NCBI GenBank assembly: GCA_963709405.1
Contig: CAVPXM010000015.1
Location: forward strand, 1 to 40,771
Reading direction: 5' to 3'
DNA: 40,771 nucleotides
Source: an uncultured Nitrososphaerales archaeon
GTDB taxonomy: Archaea; Thermoproteota; Nitrososphaeria; Nitrososphaerales; Nitrososphaeraceae
A model generated the notes under the pieces. It worked only from the letters and a program-made list of their open reading frames with translations, did no database searches and was not told the DNA's origin. Made by a program: the position numbers and the translations under genes. Position 1 is the stretch's first letter. Each line of letters begins with the position of its first letter. Of the stretch, positions 10,660-20,808 are shown piece after piece.

Positions 10660-10868
10660 ATCCTGACTCTGACTCTGAACCTGACTTCGACTGAAGACGC
10701 TGCTGAACGGCTGAACCTAAAGAAAGATTTCCAGTCAGTCGGACCTTCTTTTCATTGCCTTCCTTCTTCGTCAAAGAATATTGGTGCATGACACTTCCAA
10801 CGCTCAGGCATATGCCTTAGTCTCCTTTCCTGGTGAAATGTATGCCAAAATAACAAAAAAAGGGAGTG

Positions 10869-11018
10869 ATGATAGTACTCCCGACGGAAGCAGAAACATA
10901 CCCCTCAGGCTTGACCCATTCGATTCAGGCCCAGGGAAACATGACAGGTGGATCTGCCCCCAGTTTCCCTCCCCACAGTGGAGACGACTGGAAATATTTT
11001 GACCGATCAATGCAGTAA
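10869..11018 (+). pseudogene. Fragment of an archaeal-type secreted protein ending at the island's left edge
   Basis: MIVLPTEAETYPSGLTHSIQAQGNMTGGSAPSFPPHSGDDWKYFDRSMQ*; AQGNMTGG resembles N-glycosylation-rich linkers of Nitrososphaeraceae secreted proteins (recall). Confidence 0.3.
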
Positions 11019-11027
11019 CGCGTACCG

Positions 11028-11196
11028 TTGTTGATCCACAACCATCCCGGAGGCGACCCGACCCCGTCACGCGTCGACATCCAGATGACGCAGGAGATCG
11101 TCGAGGTGGCAAAGCCGCTTGGCATAGCTGTTGGACGACCACAACATCGTCGGCAAGGCCGGGCACGTGAGCCTCAAAGGGCTGAAGTTGATCTGA
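11028..11196 (+). pseudogene. radC: RadC/JAB-domain 3' fragment
   Basis: [34 protein letters not shown]-(+1)[20 protein letters not shown], matching the HNHPSGDPTPS..D and DH motifs; no start codon. Confidence 0.85.
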
Positions 11197-11207
11197 CCTG
11201 AGCATTT

Positions 11208-11870
11208 TCAACTCGAGGGCAAGTGGTCCATCGCAGTCTTCTGAACCGTCGCCACGACCAGCACGTGAGAGAAAACGCACCAGTGGAGCGCGAGCGTGCG
11301 TCCGGCTCTGGTCGTCGCGAGCCGGCCGGCAAGGTCGACCTTGATGTCGTGAAAATCCAGAAACTCATGATTGAGCGGATAGGCCGCCTTGTAGACCGCC
11401 TCCTTAATGGCGAAGAGAAGCTTTGCCCCCAACGGGTTGTCAGCAATCGCACGCCGCTCCCGCGGTGTGACGGTCAGCTCGAGCATGTCCGGGGGCAACG
11501 GCGCGGCAGGTTCGATATCGATGCCGACCGCATCCAGGTCACGCCGCAGCCCGACAGCGGCGACAGCAATTCGATCATCGTGGGCCATCGAGCCTACGAC
11601 TCCGGCGGGCCAGATCGGGGCTCCAGATGTGCTCCTGAGGATCGGAAGGCCGGCAAAGCCCATCGAGTTCATCAGCTCGCGCGCCACACGCCGTGCGGCG
11701 CCGCTGGCGCGGCGCCTCTCGATCGCAGGGAAGGATAACGACGTCATCTCCTCGTAGAGCAGCGCGAGCTCATCGCCTTGCGAGATCACACGATGGCCGA
11801 TCAGCAGACCAGGCACGACGAGGGCGTCGATTGCGCGCTGAAGCGAGGGATCGACCGTACCGTCGGACAT
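11208..11870 (-). CDS. 4'-phosphopantetheinyl transferase (EntD/Sfp-like)
   Basis: GAPIWPAGVVGSMAH, VGIDIE and LFAIKEAVYKA motifs; ATG overlaps the GNAT stop (TAATG). Confidence 0.92.
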   Translation of the reverse strand: MSDGTVDPSLQRAIDALVVPGLLIGHRVISQGDELALLYEEMTSLSFPAIERRRASGAARRVARELMNSMGFAGLPILRSTSGAPIWPAGVVGSMAHDDRIAVAAVGLRRDLDAVGIDIEPAAPLPPDMLELTVTPRERRAIADNPLGAKLLFAIKEAVYKAAYPLNHEFLDFHDIKVDLAGRLATTRAGRTLALHWCVFSHVLVVATVQKTAMDHLPSS

Positions 11871-12317
11871 TACAGTTTCAGAACCGCGATCACTTCGCCA
11901 TCGCGGTCCCCCCCCACCTCCACGAAGCCGAAGCTGGCGTAGAACGGCTTCGCAACCGGATTTTCCGGCATGTAGCGGATCGATATCCTGTCCACCCAGG
12001 GATTTCTCGGATTTCCTCTAGAGCCTTGCTTAGCGCTGCGCGACCATAGCCTTTGCCTTGGTGCTTCCGATCGATCATGAAGCGATAGATCGAGGCTTCC
12101 TGCGCCTTGCCCTTCGTTTTCTGCACGTCGTACATCAGTAAGCCGACGACGCACTTCCCGGCATAGACGCCGCGCGCGCGTGGGAATCGAACTGCGCCTC
12201 GGCGATCGAATAGAGGTTGCTCGCCACCAGGTCTTCCTGGCCGGCACCGAACTCAAGCTCGACCACCGCTTCCCAATTGTTGCCGGTCACCTTCTTGAGC
12301 TTGACCTTGTCGCTCAT
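11870..12317 (-). CDS. GNAT N-acetyltransferase (spermine/spermidine acetyltransferase, BltD-like); two frameshifts
   Basis: Rebuilt from three frames: MSDKVKLKKVTGNNWEAVVEL..VASNLYSIAEAQF / IYRFMIDRKHQGKGYGRAAL / YMPENPVAKPFYASFGF; QGKGYG acetyl-CoA motif. Confidence 0.85.
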
Positions 12318-15300
12318 TGCGCTGCAATATACTCCTCGCCGCGCAAATCGACTCGGTCGCGGCTTGCAGGACGAACTCGTTTCGGACGGTGGCGTCTGCG
12401 GCGTCCTGGACGCAAACCTCAGCCCGAGCCACGTGGCGGCGCGCCAGCTTGGCCGGATTTCCGCACCACCCCGTATGAGAGTCCAGGATCTCGCCTTTCA
12501 TCAGGAAGGAATTGGCGTCGAGCACGACGTCGTCTCCGGTGCGGACGCCGTAGTGAACTAAGGCCCCCGGGCCGACCGAGCATCTGTTGCCGAGCCGGAT
12601 GTAGTCGGACTTGAACACGCCTTCCTCGAGCGAGTGTGCCTGCAACACACAGCCCTCGTTCAGATTGGCGTAGTCACCGACCTCGGTCAGTGAGCGTTCC
12701 GGGATGCCCATGCTGCAGTCGAACAGCTTGGCACCGACCTTCATGCCCATGGCGCGAAGCAGCATGCCGCGAAACGGGGTGCCGGCGAATACGGTCAAGA
12801 TCGGGAAAGCCGATAGCTTCCAGTACCTTTCGTGCAACCAGAAATACGGATCGTAGATCGAGGCGAGCTGCGGCTTGAGTCGCTTGAAGCCCAGGATCGC
12901 GCGCTCGAGCACGATGAAGAAGGCCATGTTGGCGGCGGTGACCGCCACGCTGGCTGCGAAGAACGCGAAGATGCCGAAACGATCGTAGCTTGCGAATGCG
13001 GCTTGGAAGAGCACTAGCGCGGCAAACACCATAATCCAGTGGCTGGCGAGGAAGATCAAGGCCGAGACGAAATTGTACGCGTTCTTCCGGCGCAGCCGGG
13101 CGAGACGCGTCTGCTCGTCGAACGACGCGTTCATGTCGCGATCGCGGTTGACCATGCGCGGAATTTCGAAGGCCGGCGAGCCGAGCAGCCCGACGTTCTC
13201 GCGCACCGGGCCGTCGATCGGGACCATGGTCATGGAGCCGAACAGAACGTTGGTTCCTGTGCGACCATTCGGCGGGTAGGAGATGGCGTTGCCCAGAAAG
13301 TTGTTGTCGCCGATCTTCGACTCGTCAAGCCGGAACGACGTCGCCGACATCTGCATGTTGATCATCGACAGCCCGTCCGAAACCATCGTGCCGCTGCCGA
13401 TATTGCAGAGAAACGGATTGTCGTGAGCAAGGTCGGAGCCCATGTTCGAGCCGGTCTGATAGACCGTGTTCAGGTTCCAGCCGACGTAGCGCATGTACGT
13501 CGTGATGGCTGACGAGTCGCCGAACAGCGATAAGAAGAAGTCCGAGTTGCTGACGCCCCGGATGATGCTCTGCAGCAGGTAGTGGAAGCCGAAATTCGTG
13601 TAGGTCACGCCGGGCCGCAGCGCCATCATGCAGAGACGCGGGATGACATACACGGCCGCCAGCCCGAGGCCGAGCGCGCCGAAGAACAACGCCGCCGAAA
13701 GGGCGAGCAGCAAGGGATCCGACATGGAGGAGATCCCTGGGCAATACAGAGAGGTTAGAGGAGACGGGCAATACAGATCCCAGACGTAGTAGAGGAGGAT
13801 CATCACCGCAGGCACGGCGATCAGGAGCAGTGTCGCGAGGATGAGCGACACATAGATGACGCCTCGGAGCGCAGCACCGTTCTTGCCCTCGATCGGGCAA
13901 TAGTCAGAGGACGTCTCGACCGCCGGCGAGCCATGGTAGTGCTTGCCATCCGGCACACGCTGGCCGCTCTGAAGCGACGAGGCATGACCGAGCTGCGTGT
14001 TGTCGCCCATCGCAGTGTCGATGTCGAGCACGCTCCCTTCGCCGACGAACGCGTTGCTGCCGATCGCCACCGGGCCGATATGGATGAAGTTCGACTGCGC
14101 GCGATAGCCGAGCAGGCTCGTGTTCTTGCGGACGATGGTGTTGTCACCGATCGTCACAAGGTCGGTACAGACCGGCGCGAACTGGCACCTCAGGATCACG
14201 TTGCGGCCGATCCTGGCGCCCATCAGACGCAGATAGGCGTTGTAGAGCGGTGTGCCGATGAAGGCAGCCGCAGGCGATGTGCGCATCAGGGTCTTGACGG
14301 CCCAGAAGCGGAAATATGCAAAGCTCCAGATCGGAATCGATTGCGCCTTGAAGCGGCCGATCAGCAGCCATTTCGCAGCGACGGGAACCACGGTCAGCGC
14401 AACAAACATTCCTGCGCCGAAGGCGACGCTGCGCGCGTAGAGCTCCACCATGCTGTCGGAGGCGGTCGTCCATTGAATGCCGGCTATGAAGATCCAGAGA
14501 CCGAACAGCAGATAGGCCGCGAAGAACCCAATCTGCAGGGCGCCGCACGTGACATACGAAAGGTTCGACGGAACGTGGAAGGGTTCCGGCTTCGTTGCGA
14601 CAGATCCGTCGGTCGACGAATCGAGATGATGCGCGAGCCTGGCGATCGTCGGATACATGTAGATATCGCGCATCGACACGTTCGACATGCCCGGATTTCT
14701 GCGGATCGCCGCACAGACGCGCGCCATCAACAGCGAGTTGGCACCGAGATCATCGAAGAAGTGGTGCTCGGTCGAGATATGCTCGGCACGAAGGACCTCG
14801 GCGAGCGCGGCATGCAGCATGCGCTCGCGGTCGGTTTTCGGCGGGACATACCCTTGCGCGGCGGAAAAACGCTGCAACTGCGGCTTCGGCAGCCTCTTGT
14901 AGTCGGCCTTGTTGCTCAGCGTCATCGGTATGGCGTCGACCTGCTCGAGGAAGGCCGGCACCATGTAGACGGGAAGCTTGCTGCGCAGCGCCTGCGAGAT
15001 CTCGCTATGCGGCAGCTCGACACCCTGCTTGAGAGCGTAATAGGCGACGATTTCGACGACGCCCTCCTCGGGCTCGAATGTCGTCACGGCGGCCTGCGCG
15101 ACCTGCGGTAGGTCGAGCAGCACCGCTTCGATTTCGTTGAGCTCGATGCGATAGCCGCGGATCTTGACCTGCGTGTCGATCCGGCCGCGGTAGTCGATCT
15201 CGCCGTTCTCGTCGATCCGACCAAGATCGCCGGTGCGATAGATTCGGCCGGAGGGATTGTTCTCGATATGCAGGAAATCGCGAATGAACTTCTTCATCGT

Positions 15301-16535
15301 CAGGTCATCGCGATTCATGTAACCGAGCGCCAGTCCGACGCCCGCGATACCGATCTCGCCGAGCTCGCCGGTCGGAACGGTCTTGTCCTCGTGAGGATCG
15401 AGGATGACGATCGAATAGGTCGGGAGCGGTACGCCGATCGTGACCGGCTTGTCCGGCCGCAGCTCGGTCATTGTCGCCGTGACGGTCGCCTCGGTGGGGC
15501 CGTAAGTGTTGAGAATGCGGCGGCCGGGGCGATACCATCGGGCCACGAGATTTTGCGGGCAAGCCTCGCCGCCGACCAGCAGGATCCGCAGGTCCGGCAC
15601 GTCCTGCTCGATGGTGGCGAGCAGCGTCGGACAACAAGCCATCACGGTCACACGGCGTTCGCGCAGAAAGTCGCCGAGCTCGTCGCCCATCAGGGTCGTG
15701 CCGGCCGGGCCCGGCACGAGCGTCGCGCCGGCCATCAGCGGCACCCAGATCTCCTCGACGGAGAAATCGAACGCGATCGTCATGCCCTGATAGACGCGAT
15801 CGCCGGGCGCATAGCCATAAAGCTCGGCGGCGACGCGCACGAAATTGCAAATGCTTGCGTGTCCGATACCGACGCCCTTCGGATTACCGGTGGTGCCCGA
15901 TGTGTAGATGATGTAGCAGAGCGGCTCGATCGGCGGCGCAACGCCGGTCAACGGATCGGCCGCCTGTGCATCGATCGCCGGCCTCTCCGAATCAAGAAAT
16001 ATCTTGTCGACCTGGAGGCCGGAGAGGCGCTTCGCGAAACTCGACATTGACACGATGACGGAAACGTCGGCGTCCCCGAGGATGAAGCGGACGCGTTCAA
16101 TCGGAAAGGCGGCGTCGAGCGGCACATAGGCCGCATTGACTTTCATCACCGCAAGCATCGCCACGTATGTTTCTGGCGATCTGTCGAACATCATTGCGAC
16201 GCGGTCGCCGGACTTGATTCCGCGTGCGAGCAGATGACGCGCGAGCTGATTGGCACGGCGGTTGAGATCGCGATAGCTCAGAACGATGCCGCTTCCGATG
16301 ACGGCATCATTCGTCGCGAAGCGGATGCAGGCTTCCTCGAGAAGATGATTGAGCCGCTCGCCAGGAGCCCAGCAGACTGCATTGCTCGCATGCTCTCGCG
16401 TACGACACTCTGAGGGCGGCCGAGGCGGCTGACCCCGTTCAGATCAGGCTGCCGTTGTGCGAGCGGGCGCAACTCGACGACCGACTCTCCTCCGACGTGG
16501 TCGGCATTCGATCGGCGTGGAACAGATCTCGGCAT
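12314..16535 (-). CDS. Pls/PosA-family single-module NRPS-like poly(amino acid) synthetase (A-T plus three membrane/hexapeptide repeat units)
   Basis: A-domain cores LSYRDLN, YIIYTSGTTGNPKGV, AFDFS, NTYGPTE, YRTGDL, QVKIRGYRIEL; T domain FFDDLGANSL; three LRxMGxxIG-type repeats with TM helices. The frame extends upstream of 16194 to about 16440; probable start 16535 (one shift); probable true end EEYIAAQ* at 12314 (one shift). Confidence 0.9.
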
Positions 16536-16543
16536 GGCATGAT

Positions 16544-16550
16544 CCCCTCT
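16544..16550 (-). promoter_or_regulatory. Shine-Dalgarno sequence of the synthetase
   Basis: AGAGGGG on the minus strand, 8 nt before ATG 16535. Confidence 0.6.
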
Positions 16551-16771
16551 GGTATACTTATATCCCTTCCTTAACTTACATTAGTTGAGATTCCAAAACT
16601 TTACTGGCAAAATCATAAAAGACCTTGCATTTTTGTTCTGTGCAATAACCGAGTTGCCAGACACCATGGTTAGTCATTTCCATGGAAAGCAAGTGCGTCG
16701 TGGCGTGGTGGTTCCTATTCATTCATCTATTAGAAGATTCTAAATTATTTAAATAGACTGATAGATCTTTC

Positions 16772-16849
16772 GAAAGAATATACGTGTAATAGATTTGGAA
16801 AGAATATACGTGTAATAGATTTAGAAGGAATATACGTATAATAGATTTG
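16772..16849. repeat. 3 x 26-bp tandem direct repeat
   Basis: GAAAGAATATACGTGTAATAGATTTG / GAAAGAATATACGTGTAATAGATTTA / GAAGGAATATACGTATAATAGATTTG, with no spacers. Confidence 0.95.
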
Positions 16850-17974
16850 AGTATTATGTTATTCATAATAATATCGTTGAATTTTTAAGACGCTATGCTG
16901 ATTTTGCATCATCATTAAAACAAGCTAGGTTTCGACAAAATTGTAAATTCAATATCATGATTATTTCTTCAACCCAACATGCAATTTGGATGGACTTAAC
17001 TCTAGTCGATCGGATTAGTGAAATTTAGTTGTCCATTGCACCTAATTTATTGCCGGAAGCTGTGATATGTTAACTCTAAGGGAATGCCATAACTGAAGTC
17101 TATTCTCAGTGCGCGTGCAGCGATATAAAGATGTCATCTTAAAAATATGTTGGTAATTAATGTATTCTTATTCTCGTGCTTTATAACATGGTAACGAATC
17201 AAAACGATTTCCAGGATTTTGTTGAGAATCCGTGTATGTATTTACTTATTATTTATGTATCTATCTATCAGTATATCTGAAAGAGGATTCAAAATCTTCA
17301 GGCAAGAAAAAGTAATAGGAAAATGAAAGTATTTATTAAAGTGCAAAAGAGATAGACTCTGGCATTTAGGTCACAACATTTGGTTGTGGATTGCGATCAA
17401 ACCCAGCGAGAGAGAACTGTTAAAATGGATATATCTTTAAAAGAATTCTTGTTGCATATCGTTTAGTCTTATCTTAATCAGAACTTATGAAAAATATTCT
17501 GTATTTTCAGATGATCTTTAATTCCAATATGCTCATAAGTCTTAATCCTAGACATCATTTTCTTCATCCCCATTATAAAAAAAGTGTGATCGAGATAGGG
17601 AAATATGTAGTACGTCAAGGACTGAACGGCAGTTTTTATTAACTGCTTTCCACTTAAAAAAGTAAGCCATTTCACAGTGAAACCTAGATGAATCACTTTA
17701 TCAATTATTACAAATACGAGGGTAATGTGTGCAGTCATCAGGATCAGTCGCTCAGACAAAAAGTTTATGAAGTAGTGCTAAAATCGAACATATCGCATAT
17801 AGAATAACGATACCAACTTTCAGCATAGGAAGCTATATTTATTTGGAACAAAGTGTAGTTCAGAGGATCACCTCTAATTCGATAATTTCGTTTTGAATAA
17901 GATATTGTATTTATCATGGAAATTAGAAAGTTGATTGAAAGCACATCGTATAACTTCACTTTTTCATATCATAG

Positions 17975-18033
17975 TCACATACTTATCAGCCTTCTTCGCA
18001 GAAGACTCTTGAATCTGGATCCGGATACAGAAA
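17975..18033 (-). repeat. Diverged duplicate of the nucleoside hydrolase 3' end
   Basis: 18002-18033 matches 18111-18142 at 29/32 nt; it encodes SGSRFKSLLRRRLISM* versus SESRFKSLLVNRLRSR*, with the stop at the same codon position (offset 109 bp). Confidence 0.8.
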
Positions 18034-18083
18034 TCGAAGGTTAATACAAAGTATAATATGACTTTGATACTATATGAATAAAT

Positions 18084-19091
18084 TCACCTGCTTCTTAATC
18101 TGTTTACCAAAAGACTCTTGAATCTGGATTCGGACACAAAAACTGCCACTAGAACATGTCCAGAAATAGTGTCTTCATTAAAAATGCACTGTCCACGAGC
18201 ACTTCCTTCCAAAGTTATAACATCTACCATTCCTTTAGTAAACCTAAAAAGTGATGGCTTTTCGAGCATAAATACAGCAAGAACATCGTGTAAGTGTACA
18301 GCGGTATTTTGTTCAAGCTTGTAATTCAGTAATGACACGAGGAAATTTGACGCTTCTAGGCGAGATTTATTAGGACAACTATCACTACAAATACTATTGA
18401 CTAAATCCTTGCTTATCGAACATTCGCAACTTAGACCGACATCGAGTCCAACTATTCTTATCATTGGATGCATCTTTGTACTTAATACTATCCTAGCTGC
18501 ATCTGGGTCACAATAAAAATTAAATTCTGTAGATCCTGTTACGTTTCCAAATGTATTTCTATTATTTGAGCCAAATGAACCCCCCATTATAGAAATCTCT
18601 TTAATCCTACTTTGAATAGCTTGCCTTTTCATTACCATTGTTGCTATGTTCGTGAGAGGACCAGTAGCTATGATTGAAACATTTTCTTCTGGGTATCTTC
18701 GTAAAATGAATTCAACAAAATCTGAAAAGGAATGTGTTCCCTTAAGTTCATCGGGCGTAGTTCTAACCCATAGATCATTCATCCTTTTAATGTCTATATG
18801 GAGGTTACCTAATCCGCGTTTTCCATGGCTTACATCTCTTCTTCTCTTGACATTAGAAGAGAGAAAGCGATTCTTCAAGGACCTGTCTGCACCTTGGAAC
18901 ACAGGAATATCCAGTCTATCTTCGATTTCAAGTACCTTCAAGACATTCAGTGCGCCTATACTAGGCTTCACATTGCCGTTTACCGTGCTAATCCCAACAA
19001 CACTGATATTTCTTGATCTTAAAGCCACTAAAATGGCAACGATGTCATCTATACCAGAATCTACGTCCAAAATGACTTTACTCTTTGCCAA
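18084..19091 (-). CDS. Inosine-uridine preferring nucleoside hydrolase family
   Basis: DVDSGIDD, VNGN, ATGPLTN, MGG, EFNFYCDPDAA and HD motifs. Confidence 0.92.
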   Translation of the reverse strand: MAKSKVILDVDSGIDDIVAILVALRSRNISVVGISTVNGNVKPSIGALNVLKVLEIEDRLDIPVFQGADRSLKNRFLSSNVKRRRDVSHGKRGLGNLHIDIKRMNDLWVRTTPDELKGTHSFSDFVEFILRRYPEENVSIIATGPLTNIATMVMKRQAIQSRIKEISIMGGSFGSNNRNTFGNVTGSTEFNFYCDPDAARIVLSTKMHPMIRIVGLDVGLSCECSISKDLVNSICSDSCPNKSRLEASNFLVSLLNYKLEQNTAVHLHDVLAVFMLEKPSLFRFTKGMVDVITLEGSARGQCIFNEDTISGHVLVAVFVSESRFKSLLVNRLRSR

Positions 19092-20074
19092 TCCTTAATT
19101 CTTAAGACAGTGTAACAGCATAATATCTTTCGTATCAATCTATAATAAATATTTCAAGAAAATAATTGTGATAATATTGTAGACACGTGAAAAGTAATTG
19201 TGAAGAATGCAGGATACTTCTTTTGTTTTAGTTTATTCATGAAATTCGATACTCAATTCACCAGTTAGTCAAATTATTCTTGAAGTCTATTTTTGTTCAT
19301 TGAATCGAGTCTATAGGTGAGTAAAGTTTTTTCGACAAACCAGTCGATGGTTTTTGATTAGATCAATATAAATGCGGCCAGTTGGTATCTTAATCGTCAG
19401 TTGCGATTAAATTCATCGCTTATGAATATGTAACCCTCTTTCTTTACAACATCATATATTCTGTCAAATCTATCTATATATTTGCGGGTTCATCGATTCT
19501 ATGTTGCTTCTCTATTATCTCCCAAACAGAAGATCACTTTAACATTGTTTCATCAAGCAGAGATGATCTAGCTATTCCATTGACACGAAGCATGGCATTA
19601 AGATGACGTGACGAAACTGTCGTATGCTATCCAATACACAAAGCATTTCCGCCTCTATATTAATCTCCAAAATGACTAATGAGAAAAATCTCTAGGTGGC
19701 CCTTTAAATCGATAATTGATTCATAGACAACAAACTAGCACGAAAGTCCATTAATGAAAATTAAAAACTGATGCGATAAAACGTGATGGAGCCGGTCTCA
19801 GGAAAATACCTTTTAAAATATTTAGCTTATTGTGATTACGCCATAAAATCTGTAACTGAATGAAATGGTCAGAATTTTTTATTTTTTGATTAAAGGATAA
19901 GAACTGCATTGGTAGAAGGCGGCAAGTTTTGGTTGAAAATTTAATTCGGCATCGGACGATAGGCTCCAAATAGTCCTCACCAAGGATGAGTTACTAGTAT
20001 GAAAAATAGTGTTGATGTATATTGATTAGCCTGTGTTGAAGGAAAATATAGTCGATATTCTACCGTCATGATTA

Positions 20075-20158
20075 TTATCTATCACTATTGCTTCTACGTT
20101 CGTGTGATGCTCCTCTGCCTGTTAATGTGCCAGTATAATCACCACAGACTTCATTCAC
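20075..20158 (-). pseudogene. Possible C-terminal relic of a conserved hypothetical protein
   Basis: VNEVCGDYTGTLTGRGASHERRSNSDR*; recalled as the tail of the family seen truncated at 37492-37686. Confidence 0.3.
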
Positions 20159-20214
20159 AAAGTCAAAGTCATTTAATCTTTTGACCATATCGCATGTTAA
20201 TCTCATATTAGGTT

Positions 20215-20808
20215 ATGCAGCAGGCAGGACTTGAGGAATTGGCTAACATTATGAAGATGTCAAGGATGGGTGTTCATAAGCATCTTGCTCTTTTACAAAA
20301 GAGAGGTCTGGTAGAAGGTATAGAAACTAGGGAACGTGTTGGCAGGCCAAGAATGATATACCGGCTAACAAGCCAAAGCAAAACTGTTTTTCCAAAATCA
20401 TATAGCGCAATCGCAACGTATGCTCTAGATTTTATTGAAAAAAATATGGGTAGAGAGGCTGTTGAAAAGGTTCTGCGCGAACGTCAGGGGGAACTTTTTG
20501 ACCTATACTATAAGCGTCTTAAGGATTTGGATTTTGATAAACGAGTCAAGGAACTAGCTCGAATTAGAGATGAGGAAGGATATATGGCTGAATCAAAAAA
20601 GGATTCGAGGAGCAGTGGAAAATATGTCCTTTTAGAATACAACTGTCCAATTATACATATAGCTGAAAAGCATTGGGAAGCATGTTCTACTGAATCTGAA
20701 TTATTTGAAAAACTTCTTGGAGCTAATATAGAAACAACACATAGAGCTGCTAAAGGAGACTTAATTTGTAAGTTTCTAATTAAAGAAAGGAAAGAAGGTT
20801 ATTTATAA
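20215..20808 (+). CDS. wHTH transcriptional regulator, SufR/COG2345-like, probably 5'-truncated
   Basis: HTH ELANIMKMSRMGVHKHL, VGRPRMIYRLT, and C-terminal YNCP...C...C Cys pattern; an in-frame TAG lies just upstream of the ATG. Confidence 0.8.
   Translation: MQQAGLEELANIMKMSRMGVHKHLALLQKRGLVEGIETRERVGRPRMIYRLTSQSKTVFPKSYSAIATYALDFIEKNMGREAVEKVLRERQGELFDLYYKRLKDLDFDKRVKELARIRDEEGYMAESKKDSRSSGKYVLLEYNCPIIHIAEKHWEACSTESELFEKLLGANIETTHRAAKGDLICKFLIKERKEGYL

Larger units (their letters stand above)
11020..16550. other. High-GC alphaproteobacterial-like DNA block (HGT island or assembly chimera)
   Basis: Abrupt GC and codon shift, bacterial SD, bacterial gene families, dense overlapping shadow ORFs. 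The right edge may extend to about 16715. Confidence 0.9.

Noticed and set aside
10855-10985. Hairpins (GGGAGT/ACTCCC, GGGAAAC/GTTTCCC) and TTCGATTC suggesting a tRNA 3' half or att site
   Set aside because: No T-stem or acceptor pairing; the stretch is better explained as a coding fragment on the plus strand.
12253-12313. Track C-terminus of the synthetase overlapping the GNAT start by about 65 nt
   Set aside because: More likely read-through from a single-base loss; the alternative frame gives EEYIAAQ* with an ATGA overlap.
11174-16136. Many long overlapping ORFs on both strands in the high-GC block (e.g. 13933-15111, 15268-16050)
   Set aside because: Shadow ORFs caused by stop-codon scarcity; Arg/Ala-rich, motif-free and overlapping well-supported genes.
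16560-16715. Sigma-54 or CtrA-like sites upstream of the synthetase
   Set aside because: The GG-N10-GC spacing is not met and only partial TTAAC-like matches are present.
16772-16849. Possible CRISPR array
   Set aside because: The repeats are contiguous with no spacers, and there are no cas genes in the window.
17478-17959. ORFs 17478-17759 and 17765-17959 (likewise 5764-6012, 19751-19969, 29036-29311)
   Set aside because: No recognisable motifs, non-ATG starts, and composition typical of chance AT-rich ORFs.
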